A stretch of 64,000 bases of DNA from Actinomycetota bacterium (GTDB lineage: Bacteria; Actinomycetota; AC-67). Every line of letters begins with the position of its first letter. The stretch's first letter is position 1. The stretch is from the NCBI GenBank assembly GCA_040905475.1, contig JBBDRM010000085.1:3959-67958 (forward strand), read 5' to 3'. Made by a program: the position numbers and the translations under genes. Shown in pieces: positions 10,408 through 19,567 of the stretch. The notes below the pieces were generated by a model. That model searched no databases and had not been told where the DNA came from. It saw only the letters and a program-made list of their open reading frames with translations.

Positions 10408-11012
10408 GACGGCGGCACCGACTCGTAGCGCGCGACCGCCTCCGAGGTGAGCGTGAGATCGGTGCTCCACAGCAAGGCGTCGAATTGCGAGTTGCGCCGC
10501 ACGACGACCTGGACGCGTCGCTCGTTGCCGTCGCTTCCTCGCCCGTCGTCGAAGCACCACGTCGCCGGCGTGCCCGTAGAGCCGTTCGTGTACACGGCGG
10601 CGCCGGCACCAGATTTCTCGCGCTTGCGCGTCTGATCGGTGGACGAGCTGATGGGCGACCCGTACCCGATATAGGCAACGCAGATGTACTGACCCGGCCA
10701 CGTTTCGGCAAGGTCGCCGGCGGCCGAGGCCATAGCGCGTTGGGCCACCGACTCGAACCAAGAGTTCGGGACGCCCGCGCTCCCCGTCGGAAGCGTGGCG
10801 GCGTGGCGGACGCCCTCACGCGCGGCGTCCGTCAGCGCGATCTTCCGCGCGTAGGCCAACCCGCCGGAGAACATCCCGAGCACCACCATCAGCAGCAACG
10901 GGGCCAGGAGGGCGAACTCGACCGCAGAGGCCCCTCGCTCGCTACTGAGGAGTCGTTCTCCTCGGCGGCGGCCGGCAAACGTCGCGTGTGGCGTCCGAGC
11001 CGACATCGGCAC
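10404..11012 (-). CDS. TadE-like pilus-assembly protein.
   Basis: Motif GASAVEFALLAPLLLMVVLGMF is typical of TadE/CpaK. Confidence 0.55.
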   Translation of the reverse strand: MPMSARTPHATFAGRRRGERLLSSERGASAVEFALLAPLLLMVVLGMFSGGLAYARKIALTDAAREGVRHAATLPTGSAGVPNSWFESVAQRAMASAAGDLAETWPGQYICVAYIGYGSPISSSTDQTRKREKSGAGAAVYTNGSTGTPATWCFDDGRGSDGNERRVQVVVRRNSQFDALLWSTDLTLTSEAVARYESVPPS

Positions 11013-11254
11013 ATTCCCCTGCTCTCGAGGACTCGCTTTTCCGCTTCTTCAACGTTCGTCATCCACCGATAGTGACGGCCTTCCCGCTTTCCGTGGGGAC
11101 TGCCGATCTATCGGACGGGACGAAGCGTCGCGAATCCCCCAGGGTTCGTCGACTCCCGTTGTTCTCTCAACGAAACGACCGAACGCAGCAAGTGTCAATG
11201 GCCACACACCAAGTAGTGAGGTTGCCGTGCGTGGCCTTCGCCGCTTCTACCGCT

Positions 11255-12031
11255 TTATCCTGGTCGGCGGCCTATGGCGACGACGCTCTGCCCGAAGGGC
11301 CGGAACCCGATCCGATCGAGGGCCCGGCCGATGGGGACCGCCACCCATTCCGATAGCCGGATCGTCATCCGGGTCAGCCGGGTCCGCCCGAGCAGCCGGA
11401 TGAAGACGAACCACCCGACGGCACCGATCGGGTTGAAGTAGCGGACCTGGTCCACCTCGATCCCGGCGCGGGACATGACCTGCGATAGCTGCCGGCGCGA
11501 ATAGCGGCGCACATGGTGATACCGGCGGTCGAGCTTCCCATAGAGAGCTGCGTGCGCGGGGACGAGGATCGCGATCCTCCCGCCCGGTTTCACGAGGTCG
11601 CGGATCGAGCGCAACGCGGCCTCGTCGTCCTCGATGTGCTCGAGCACGTTCATCGACACCGCCATGTCGAAGGCCTCGCGTCCGGCCAACGTCTCCACCC
11701 GCGAGCGAACGACCTCGACCCCCGGGAGCGCAAGCTTCTCGATGCGATCGGCCAGCCCGCTGTGCGGCTCCACGGCCACCACCTTGGCGGCGCGGGTCGC
11801 GAGGAAACGCGTGAAGTTCCCGCTGCCGGCTCCGACCTCCACGACCGATCCGCCGACCGGCTCGAAGGCCGAGAGCACCCACCGCTGATACCGCACGGCG
11901 CCGGCCAAGAGCTCCAGATCGAACTGCTCGTCGCGCGAGATCTTCTGATCCACGGGCGGGATTGTACGGGCTGAACGGCGAACCTCGGCGCCGACCGGTG
12001 AACCCCTTGTAGGGTCGAACCGTAAGCTCAT
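11255..12031 (-). CDS. Class I SAM-dependent methyltransferase.
   Basis: VVEVGAGSGNFTRFLA glycine-rich SAM motif. Likely start MSLRFDPTRG at 12031. The ORF-track 5' extension overlaps the divergent Calx-beta gene. Confidence 0.7.
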   Translation of the reverse strand: MSLRFDPTRGSPVGAEVRRSARTIPPVDQKISRDEQFDLELLAGAVRYQRWVLSAFEPVGGSVVEVGAGSGNFTRFLATRAAKVVAVEPHSGLADRIEKLALPGVEVVRSRVETLAGREAFDMAVSMNVLEHIEDDEAALRSIRDLVKPGGRIAILVPAHAALYGKLDRRYHHVRRYSRRQLSQVMSRAGIEVDQVRYFNPIGAVGWFVFIRLLGRTRLTRMTIRLSEWVAVPIGRALDRIGFRPFGQSVVAIGRRPG

Positions 12032-12743
12032 GCCGAAGGGGGATGGGAGGGTGATGCGCAGACGATGGATCCTTCCGGTGCTCGCTGCCGCGGTCGTGTT
12101 CGCGCTCCCGATACTCTCCGCGACCGCTGGTTGCCATGCCTTCTCGTTCACGGAAACCACCTACACGGTCAACGAGCAGGCAGAATCAGTAACCCTCACC
12201 GTTGAACGCGACAACAACGTTGCGGACAGCAGCGTTAAATTCCATACGGTCGACGGCACCGCGAAAGCGCCCCAGGACTACAGCCAGGACTCCGGAACGC
12301 TCGAATACACGGGCCAGGATCTCCAGAAACAGTTCCAGATCAACATCGTGGACGACGCCTCGGATGAGCAGAACGAAGTCTTCACCGTCGACCTGGACGG
12401 TGGAAGTGGCTGCGGCGCCGTGAACTTTCAGTACGACACCGCCACGGTGAGGATCCTCGACAACGACGAGAAGCCGATCGCTCAGCCAACGCCGACGCCT
12501 ACCCCGACTCCGAAGCCGACACCGACCAAGACGAGCACTCCGACGCCGAAGCCTTCCACGGCGAGCGCATCGCCCTCGCCGACACCGAGCTCACCCAGCC
12601 CGACCGCGACCGGCTCGCCCATCGCCGCAGCCGGCCCCGGCGACGGGGGGCTGTCCGGCGGAGCGCTGGCCGGCATCGTGGCCGCAACGGTCGCACTCGG
12701 TGGGGTCGCGGCGTTCTGGGTTCGCCGCCGTTTCCTGATCTAA
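12030..12743 (+). CDS. Calx-beta domain cell-surface protein with a Pro/Thr-rich linker and a C-terminal TM anchor.
   Basis: Signal peptide. Calx-beta signature GTAKAPQDY...FTVDL. A PTPTPTPKPTPTK linker. The C-terminus reads GGLSGGALAGIVAATVALGGVAAFWVRRRFLI. Confidence 0.6.
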   Translation: MPKGDGRVMRRRWILPVLAAAVVFALPILSATAGCHAFSFTETTYTVNEQAESVTLTVERDNNVADSSVKFHTVDGTAKAPQDYSQDSGTLEYTGQDLQKQFQINIVDDASDEQNEVFTVDLDGGSGCGAVNFQYDTATVRILDNDEKPIAQPTPTPTPTPKPTPTKTSTPTPKPSTASASPSPTPSSPSPTATGSPIAAAGPGDGGLSGGALAGIVAATVALGGVAAFWVRRRFLI

Positions 12744-12809
12744 CCTTGCTTTTTGGGTCCCCTTCTCCCGTATCCTGAAGGCTCGGGGTCGGGGGCGGGG
12801 GTCCTAACG

Positions 12810-13565
12810 ATGCGAACGAATCGACGGATGCTTGTTTTCCTGGCAGCTTCCGTCGCTGCCCTCTCGCTGGTCCCGGCGGGTCCCGCGTGGGCATGCGGCA
12901 AGGCTTCGTTCTCACCGCAGAGCTACACCGTCGGCGAGAACGACGGTTCCATCACGCTGACGATCGCCTTGGTTCTGAACAACCCCGAGTCACGCACGCG
13001 CACGATCGGTTATCAGACGAAGACGGGAACCGCGAAGAGCGGACAAGACTTCTTCGCTAAGACGGGTTCGGTCACGTTCTCGCCCGGCGACCACTCGAAG
13101 ACGTTCACCGTCAACATCAAGAACGACTCCACGAACGAGCCCACCGAACGCTTCGAAGTCGAGGTCAAACCCGGGCCGACCAACGGCTGCATCGAGCCCG
13201 GCCCCGACGCGACTGTCACGATCCAAGACGACGATCCAAAGCCGAAGCCGTCGCCGACGCGAGACGAAGGATCGGACCCGCCGCCTTCCGATCCCGAGCC
13301 CGATCCGTCCACGGGATCCGCTCCGGATCCGGTCGTTGCCGAGCCGTCGGTCACGGCCTCGGCTTCGCCGACACCCTCGCCCACTCCGTCGACATCCGCA
13401 TCGAGCACCGCGTCACCAGCGGTGTCCGCTTCTGGTTCCTTCGGCAGCGGAGGTGGCCTGTCCGCCTTCGCGCTCGCCGGCATCGCGCTCGGCGCGATCA
13501 CGATCGGTTCGCTCGCGGTGGCCGGGGTGCGCCGGCGATTCCTGGTTACTCAGCCGCCGAGCTGA
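12810..13565 (+). CDS. Calx-beta domain cell-surface protein, tandem paralogue of the previous gene.
   Basis: Start MRTNRRMLVFLAASVAALSLVPAGPAWA (signal peptide). Motif GTAKSGQDF. Same C-terminal anchor ...GIALGAITIGSLAVAGVRRRFLV. Confidence 0.6.
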   Translation: MRTNRRMLVFLAASVAALSLVPAGPAWACGKASFSPQSYTVGENDGSITLTIALVLNNPESRTRTIGYQTKTGTAKSGQDFFAKTGSVTFSPGDHSKTFTVNIKNDSTNEPTERFEVEVKPGPTNGCIEPGPDATVTIQDDDPKPKPSPTRDEGSDPPPSDPEPDPSTGSAPDPVVAEPSVTASASPTPSPTPSTSASSTASPAVSASGSFGSGGGLSAFALAGIALGAITIGSLAVAGVRRRFLVTQPPS

Positions 13566-14622
13566 TCGTCGCCTCGATCTCGCCCTTGCGGGCGTCGAGC
13601 TCGTCCGCGAATCGCTCGTCGGCCGCCGACGCCTCGTCGGGATCGATCGCTGCGAAGTCGATCACGCCCATCTCGGCGTAGGCGCGCTGCACCTTCGGGC
13701 CCCACAGCCCGATGTCCTTGATCGTAGGCACGATCCTCGTGAACAGAAGCTTGCGGAACTCGACCATGATCGGCGCGTTGTCGACGTATTCTTGGAAGTC
13801 CTCGTCCGGGAAGCCGAGCCGCTGCCAAACCTCTGCGGCTTGGAACCGATCGCGCATCAAGAACGAGGCTTCGACGACGAACTCCTCGCGCTCGTCGCGC
13901 TCCCTCTGCGTGAGCTGCGGATAATAGTCCTTGAGCGAGAGGCGGCCGAACGCGACGTGCCGCGCCTCGTCCTGCATCACGTACGCGTTGACCGCGCTCG
14001 CCAGCGGGTTCGCCGAGAAGTCGCGGATCAAGCCGAACGCGGCGAGTGCGAGCCCCTCGATCAGCACCTGCATACCGAGATAGGTGAAGTCCCACCGCGA
14101 GTCGCGGATGACTTGCTCGAGCATCTCCTTGAGCGGATCGGTGATCGGGTACGCGAGCTCGAACTTCTCGTGCAGGAGCCGCGAGTACACCTCGACGTGC
14201 CGGGCCTCGTCGATCACTTGCGTCGCTGCGTAGAACTTCGAGTCGAGGTCCGGCACGGTCTCGACGATCTTCGCGGCGCAGATCAGCGCGCCCTGCTCGC
14301 CGTGAAGGAACTGAGAGATCTGCCAGGCCTGGCCGTGGTGGCGGAGCTCAACGCGTTCCTTCGATGTCATCTTGTTCCACAGATCGGTCCCGTAGATGCC
14401 GAGGTACTCGTCCGCGAGCTCCATCGGGTTCTCGGGATCGAGATCCTGCGACCAATCGATCCGGACCTCGGCATCCCACTGCTTCTGCTTTCCCTTCGAA
14501 TACAACGTGATGAGACGGTCGCGCATCTCGTCGTACTCCCAGTTGAAGACGGTCTCGAAAGAACCGTTGACCGCCCACCCCGTCTGCTCCACCGGAAGCG
14601 TGTAGATGCGCCGCGTCGTCAT
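13546..14622 (-). CDS. Ferritin-like di-iron oxygenase (AurF / p-aminobenzoate N-oxygenase-like family).
   Basis: Two ExxH di-iron motifs (IDEARHVEVY and MQDEARHVAFG) in a protein of about 358 aa. Confidence 0.5.
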   Translation of the reverse strand: MTTRRIYTLPVEQTGWAVNGSFETVFNWEYDEMRDRLITLYSKGKQKQWDAEVRIDWSQDLDPENPMELADEYLGIYGTDLWNKMTSKERVELRHHGQAWQISQFLHGEQGALICAAKIVETVPDLDSKFYAATQVIDEARHVEVYSRLLHEKFELAYPITDPLKEMLEQVIRDSRWDFTYLGMQVLIEGLALAAFGLIRDFSANPLASAVNAYVMQDEARHVAFGRLSLKDYYPQLTQRERDEREEFVVEASFLMRDRFQAAEVWQRLGFPDEDFQEYVDNAPIMVEFRKLLFTRIVPTIKDIGLWGPKVQRAYAEMGVIDFAAIDPDEASAADERFADELDARKGEIEATISSAAE

Positions 14623-15152
14623 GGGGCCCTCCCGCCGTGATCCTCAACGGATGATACCCCGCCTCCGTCGTGGACCTCCTCATATCCCCTGCGCCCAGCC
14701 TCTCTCAACGCTTTCGCTACGGCGCGCCCTTCTTTCGTGATCCGCCGACCGCTCGCGGAAACGAAGTCCGTAAGTCCCTTGGCGTCGAGGTCCCTCAGCG
14801 TTCGGAAGAACCCACCTTGATCGGCCAGGAACGCCGAGCCCGGCGCGTGCCAATAGCCCGTTGGCGTCGACGCCGCGTCGATGAGGAACTCACAGGCGAG
14901 CTCGCTCAAGTCCAAAGCGTCGAGATCGACGTCCGCTTCCGGTTGCCGTCGTCCCGCGCTCGTAACCGGAGCCCGTTCTTCGAACTCGATGATCACGTGC
15001 TCGGGGAGCGGCACCAAGAGAGCGACCATGCGTCCGCGTCTACTCACGACGAACGCCTTCCCGTCGCGTTCCACCTCGTCGATCAACTCTCCAGTCGAGC
15101 GCGAGAGCTCGCGGATCGCCACACACCTCGCGGCCGAGGTCACATCCACCAT
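14619..15152 (-). CDS. Phd/YefM-like N-terminal domain fused to a putative winged-helix C-terminal domain (antitoxin-like regulator).
   Basis: ELSRSTGELIDEVERDGKAFVVSRRGRMVALLVPL matches the Phd/YefM fold. Start MVDVTS at 15152 is preferred over the track start 15194, because it places the TGTCTGACA...TGTCAGACA inverted repeat in the promoter. Paralogue of 43014..43457. Confidence 0.4.
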   Translation of the reverse strand: MVDVTSAARCVAIRELSRSTGELIDEVERDGKAFVVSRRGRMVALLVPLPEHVIIEFEERAPVTSAGRRQPEADVDLDALDLSELACEFLIDAASTPTGYWHAPGSAFLADQGGFFRTLRDLDAKGLTDFVSASGRRITKEGRAVAKALREAGRRGYEEVHDGGGVSSVEDHGGRAP

Positions 15153-15182
15153 TTCGTTCCTCCTCGTGTGTCTCCGAAGGAT

Positions 15183-15213
15183 GTCTGACAACACGACGTC
15201 GTTCTGTCAGACA
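15183..15213. promoter_or_regulatory. Inverted repeat TGTCTGACA-N13-TGTCAGACA upstream of the Phd-like gene.
   Basis: Seen directly. The 9-bp arms are exact reverse complements. Confidence 0.4.
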
Positions 15214-15318
15214 ACGGCGGAGAGTACATGGCCCCACCGACACGGATGAGTATTCCGCGGAGCCGGTTGAGGGCATTGCTACGATGAGCCGGTTCCGCTC
15301 GACCGGGAGGACTCACGC

Positions 15319-16239
15319 ATGCCTGCGGTAGAAGCGCGCGGTCTTGCGAAGCGCTACGGCGACTTCGAGGCCGTGCGCGGGATCGACTTCAGCGCCGAGG
15401 AGCGCACGTGCTCCGGCTTCCTCGGCCCGAACGGGGCCGGGAAGACGACGACGATGCGCATGATCTCGTGCATCTCGCCGCCGAGCGCGGGCACGCTGGA
15501 GGTCCTCGGCATGTCGGTCACGGAGCGCCAGCGCGAGATCAAGGCACGCATGGGCATCGTCCCCCAGGAGAACAACCTGGACGACGAGGTCTCGGTTATC
15601 GAGAACCTCCTGATCTACGCGCGCTACTTCGGGATCCGGGCGCGTCAGGCGGAGCCTCGCGCGACCGAGCTGCTCGAGTTCGTCCAGCTCTCCGACAAGC
15701 GCGACTGGAAGATCCCGCGACTTTCGGGAGGGATGAAGCGGCGGCTGCTGATCGCGCGGGCTCTCATGAACGAGCCGGAGATCCTCATCCTCGACGAGCC
15801 GACGACGGGACTAGACCCCCAGGCGCGACACCTCGTGTGGGAGAAGCTCCGGACGCTCAAGCGCGGCGGCGTTACGTTGATGCTCACGACGCACTACATG
15901 GAAGAGGCCGCGCAGCTCTGCGATCGGGTCGTCATCATGCACGAGGGAAAGATCCTCGTGCAGGGATCCCCGCGCGAGCTGGTCGCCGCGCACACGACCC
16001 GGCAGGTCGTCGAGGTGTTCGAGCCGCCCGAGGAGATCCACGCCGCGCTGACCTCGCTCGACAGTCTCGCGGCGCACGTGGAGCGGCTCGCCGACCGCTG
16101 GATCTTCTACACCGACGACGGCGACGAGATGCTGGGCAAGGTGCGAACGCTCGCGATCGATCCCGGAGCGGTTTGGCTGCGCGGCGGCACCCTCGAGGAC
16201 GTCTTCCTCGCGCTCACCGGAAGGAGGCTCGTGGAATGA
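15319..16239 (+). CDS. ABC transporter ATP-binding protein (DrrA-like ABC-2 exporter).
   Basis: GPNGAGKTTT Walker A, LSGGMKRRL signature, ILILDEPTTGLD Walker B. Confidence 0.8.
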   Translation: MPAVEARGLAKRYGDFEAVRGIDFSAEERTCSGFLGPNGAGKTTTMRMISCISPPSAGTLEVLGMSVTERQREIKARMGIVPQENNLDDEVSVIENLLIYARYFGIRARQAEPRATELLEFVQLSDKRDWKIPRLSGGMKRRLLIARALMNEPEILILDEPTTGLDPQARHLVWEKLRTLKRGGVTLMLTTHYMEEAAQLCDRVVIMHEGKILVQGSPRELVAAHTTRQVVEVFEPPEEIHAALTSLDSLAAHVERLADRWIFYTDDGDEMLGKVRTLAIDPGAVWLRGGTLEDVFLALTGRRLVE

Positions 16240-17009
16240 CGGTGGCCCACGTCTCGCTCGGTCACGCGTGGGGGTACTGGCTGCGGAACTGGGCGATCTT
16301 CAAGCACACCTACCGGCTCAGCCTCCTCGCCTGGTTCATCGAGCCCGTCATCTATCTGGTCGCGATGGGCTTCGGACTCGGCGAGTATCTGGAGCGCGTT
16401 CAAGGCGTCGAGTACATCGATTTCATCGCGCCCGGACTCGTGGCGCTGTCGGTGATGTACGGCGCGACGTTCGAGACCACGTGGAACACGTACTTCAAGA
16501 TGGAGCGCGCGCGCATCTACGACGCGGCCGTCTCCGCACCCCTCAGCGCCGAGGATGTCGCGCTCGGCGAGTCGTTGTGGGGAGCGACGCGCGCGGCCAT
16601 CTACGGCGGTGCCTTCATCGTCATCGCGCTGCCGTTCGGCGTCTTCCATTCCTGGTGGGGGCTCGCGGCACCGGTCGCGCTCGCGCTGGTCGGGCTGATG
16701 TTCGCGGTCCTCGGGCTGACGTTCACGTACTGGATCTCGGTGGTCGACTATCTCTCGTATTACTGGACGCTCTTCCTCACGCCGATGTTCATGTTCTCCG
16801 GCATCTTCTTCCCGCTCGACCGTCTGCCGGGGTGGGTGCAAGCGCTCTCCTGGTGCATGCCGCTTCGACACGCGGTCGACCTCATGCGGGCGCTGCTGGT
16901 CGACGGCGATCCCGGCGCCGCTGCGGGCGCGGCGGCGTGGATCATCGTGCTGACGGGAGGGCTGTTCATCCTTCCGCTCAACCTGCTGCGCCGGCGCCTC
17001 GTGCAGTAG
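16236..17009 (+). CDS. ABC-2 type transporter permease.
   Basis: ATGA overlap with the ATPase gene. Six TM helices. Start MTVAHVSLGH. Confidence 0.7.
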   Translation: MTVAHVSLGHAWGYWLRNWAIFKHTYRLSLLAWFIEPVIYLVAMGFGLGEYLERVQGVEYIDFIAPGLVALSVMYGATFETTWNTYFKMERARIYDAAVSAPLSAEDVALGESLWGATRAAIYGGAFIVIALPFGVFHSWWGLAAPVALALVGLMFAVLGLTFTYWISVVDYLSYYWTLFLTPMFMFSGIFFPLDRLPGWVQALSWCMPLRHAVDLMRALLVDGDPGAAAGAAAWIIVLTGGLFILPLNLLRRRLVQ

Positions 17010-17034
17010 ATCGACCGCCGGGCTAGGTCATCGG

Positions 17035-17907
17035 TCAGGGCCGCAGCGGATGCGCGGGGTCCATCCGCCCGAGCGGCGACGGGACCCCCCGCCGCTCCAG
17101 GACGCGGATCGCGAGCGGCTCCAACAGACCCACAAGCTCCTCGGCCCTGTCCGCCCCGAGCGCGGCGAACGGAGCGACGGCGGTCCGGTCGGTGTCGTGC
17201 TCGATCATCCCGCGGAACTTCCCGCCCGCGTCGGTGAGCATCCCGTCCGTGTCGATGAAGTGGCGCTCCCGGAGCGTTTCCTCCGCGCGCCGCAGGGACG
17301 GCTCGTCCCACGCTCGCGTCATGAAGAAGGCCTCGCGCCGGCGATCGGTGAGCCCCATGTACCCGCAATGGAGGTAGAGGGCTTCGACCGGGCCGACGCC
17401 GTGCCCGACGAGGACGGCGACGTGGCCGTCGCCGCGGAACTCCCGGAGCACGTTCGCCGCGTAGAACAGAGCGGCGAAGGGGTCCTCCGGCCAGGATTTG
17501 GCGGCGTGCGGGGCGGCGATCGGACGACCCTCGGGCGGGCACGCCTCGACGGCCGGACGAAACAGCTCGAGGGCGCGGCCGAGATCCGGGAGGTCGTCTC
17601 CCTCGGCCAGCAGGCGCCGAAGCGTGCGCTCGGCACCCCGCAGCCGGGCCGCGTAGACGTCCTCCGCGGGAGCGATCGACCAGTCCACGCTCTTTCGTAC
17701 GAGCTCCGGGTTGAAGTTGTAGAAGGTTGCAGTGACCAGGTCGGCGGATACTTCGCCCATCGCCGCCGATCGGGAGCAGAAATAGGCGCTCCAGCCATCC
17801 ACGAGGCCGAGTTTCCCGTATTCCTCGAAGGCGTCCGCGCTGAAGAAGTTCATGGAAACCAGGGGCTCGAGCACCGAGAGGAAGCGCCGGGCGTACGGGG
17901 TGGTCAT
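17035..17907 (-). CDS. Conserved hypothetical protein, divergent from whiB.
   Basis: 290-aa ORF with protein-like composition. No motif recognised. Confidence 0.45.
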   Translation of the reverse strand: MTTPYARRFLSVLEPLVSMNFFSADAFEEYGKLGLVDGWSAYFCSRSAAMGEVSADLVTATFYNFNPELVRKSVDWSIAPAEDVYAARLRGAERTLRRLLAEGDDLPDLGRALELFRPAVEACPPEGRPIAAPHAAKSWPEDPFAALFYAANVLREFRGDGHVAVLVGHGVGPVEALYLHCGYMGLTDRRREAFFMTRAWDEPSLRRAEETLRERHFIDTDGMLTDAGGKFRGMIEHDTDRTAVAPFAALGADRAEELVGLLEPLAIRVLERRGVPSPLGRMDPAHPLRP

Positions 17908-18025
17908 GCCCCGGACGATAGCGGACGAACCGCGCGCCGGGCCAAGACGACGGAGGCCGGAAGAAATGCCAGGTCGCCGGCGTTGGAACCGTTGCGTTGT
18001 GTTACCGGCGCCTCATGCGGGAAGG

Positions 18026-18322
18026 ATGGCTTGGATGAGGAGGATCGAGCAGACCGAACGGATCGCGACGGACTACTCCTGGCAAGAGCGCGGCTCCTGC
18101 CGGGGAGTCGACTCTGAGCTGTTCTTCCCGGCCTCTGAGGACGAGGCGATGCCAGGGAAGGCGATCTGCGCGACCTGCCCCGTCCGGCTCGCTTGCCTGG
18201 CTTTCGCGCTCGAGCGCAATGAACGCTTCGGCATCTGGGGTGGTCTGACCGAGCGCGAGCGCGGCCGGCTCTCCCCGACCGCCCGCGAGCAGATCGTCCG
18301 CGAAGCCACCGCCGCGGCTTAA
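18026..18322 (+). CDS. whiB: WhiB-family (Wbl) transcriptional regulator.
   Basis: Four-Cys pattern C-X(n)-C-X2-C-X5-C (GSCRGVD...AICATCPVRLACL) and a C-terminal GIWGG turn. Start at MAWMRR (18026) or MRRIEQ (18035). Confidence 0.8.
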   Translation: MAWMRRIEQTERIATDYSWQERGSCRGVDSELFFPASEDEAMPGKAICATCPVRLACLAFALERNERFGIWGGLTERERGRLSPTAREQIVREATAAA

Positions 18323-18341
18323 CCCCTAAACTGGCGCCCGC

Positions 18342-19559
18342 ATGAGCGGGCCCATCGTCATCGTCGGAGCGAGCCTCACCGGAGGCACCGCTGCCGCAAC
18401 GCTCCGAGAGCAAGGTTTCGACGGTCCCCTCTATCTCATCGGCGCCGAGCCGCGGGCGCCGTACGAGCGGCCGCCGCTCTCGAAGGAGTATCTCCGCGGC
18501 GAGAAGCCCTTCGAGAAGTCCCTCGTGCGGCCGGCCGAGTGGTGGGAAGCCAACGGCGTCGAGACCCGCTTCGGCGCGACCGTCGAACGGGTCGACACCG
18601 CCGCTCGCGAGGTCGTCCTCGTCGGCGGCGAACGGATCGGCTACGACAAGGTTCTGATCGCCACCGGTGTTCGCAACCGGAAGCTCGATGCTCCGGGGGT
18701 CGAGCTGGAAGGCGTGCACTCGCTGCGAACCGTCGAGGACTCCGACCGGATGCGGGCCGACGCCGAACGCGCGAAGCGGGCCGTGGTCGTCGGGATGGGG
18801 TTCATCGGCGCCGAAGTGGCGGCGTCACTCCGCACCCTCGGCCTGGATGTGACGGCGGTCGAGCCGACCCCGACGCCGCTCCATCGCGTTCTCGGCTCCG
18901 AGGTCGGAGGCGCCATCGGCGCGTTGCACGCGGATCACGGTGTGCACATGCGTTTCGAGGACACCGTCGTAGCTCTGGAGGGCTCGACCCGGGTTGAGAC
19001 GGCCGTCACCAAGTCCGGCGCACGGCTCCCGTGCGACATCGTCGTCGTCGGCGTCGGCGTCGAGCCGGTCACCGATCCGGTCGCCGGCACCGACATCGAG
19101 CTGGACAACGGCATCGCCGTCGACGAGCGCTGCCGCACGAACGTCGAGGGCGTCTACGCGGCCGGCGACATCGCGAATCACTTCCACCCGCTGTACGGCC
19201 GCCGCATGCGCGTGGAGCACTGGCAGAACGCCATGCGCCACGGCGCGCACGCCGCGAAAAGCATGCTGGGATCCGAGGAGCCGTACGTCGAGGTGCACTG
19301 GTTCTGGTCCGATCAGTACGACGCCAACATCCAGTACGCCGGCCACCACCGCGAATGGGACTCGCTCGTGATCCGAGGCTCGATCCCCGACCGTTCCTTC
19401 CTGGCCTTCTACGTCAAGGACGGCCTCGTCGACGGGATCGCCGCGCTCAACCGCGGCAAGGAGCTGCGCCGCGCGATGGGGATCATCAGGGCCCGGAAGG
19501 CGGTCGAGGAGTCCGCGCTCCGCGACGAGTCCGTCGACCTCAAGACCCTCGGCGCGTAA
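18342..19559 (+). CDS. FAD-dependent NAD(P)H ferredoxin/rubredoxin reductase-like oxidoreductase.
   Basis: GASLTGG and VVVGMGFIGAEVA dinucleotide-binding motifs. Putidaredoxin-reductase-like architecture. Confidence 0.8.
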   Translation: MSGPIVIVGASLTGGTAAATLREQGFDGPLYLIGAEPRAPYERPPLSKEYLRGEKPFEKSLVRPAEWWEANGVETRFGATVERVDTAAREVVLVGGERIGYDKVLIATGVRNRKLDAPGVELEGVHSLRTVEDSDRMRADAERAKRAVVVGMGFIGAEVAASLRTLGLDVTAVEPTPTPLHRVLGSEVGGAIGALHADHGVHMRFEDTVVALEGSTRVETAVTKSGARLPCDIVVVGVGVEPVTDPVAGTDIELDNGIAVDERCRTNVEGVYAAGDIANHFHPLYGRRMRVEHWQNAMRHGAHAAKSMLGSEEPYVEVHWFWSDQYDANIQYAGHHREWDSLVIRGSIPDRSFLAFYVKDGLVDGIAALNRGKELRRAMGIIRARKAVEESALRDESVDLKTLGA

Positions 19560-19567
19560 CGCGGGCC

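Noticed and set aside
8629-10761. 5' extension of the TadG-like ORF (10408..10761).
   Set aside because: The extension is Arg-rich and overlaps the tadE coding region. The internal ATG at 10407 forms an ATGA coupling with the tadE stop and precedes the TM segment.
11013-11254. Looked for a small Flp/Fap prepilin gene upstream of tadE.
   Set aside because: No ORF with a G/xxxxE[YF] prepilin processing motif was found on either strand. Only a promoter-like TTGACA element was seen.
12480-12560. Pro/Thr-codon tandem repeats (PTPTPTPKPTPT) that might be a DNA repeat element.
   Set aside because: They lie inside the Calx-beta gene and encode a typical low-complexity surface linker, not an independent repeat.
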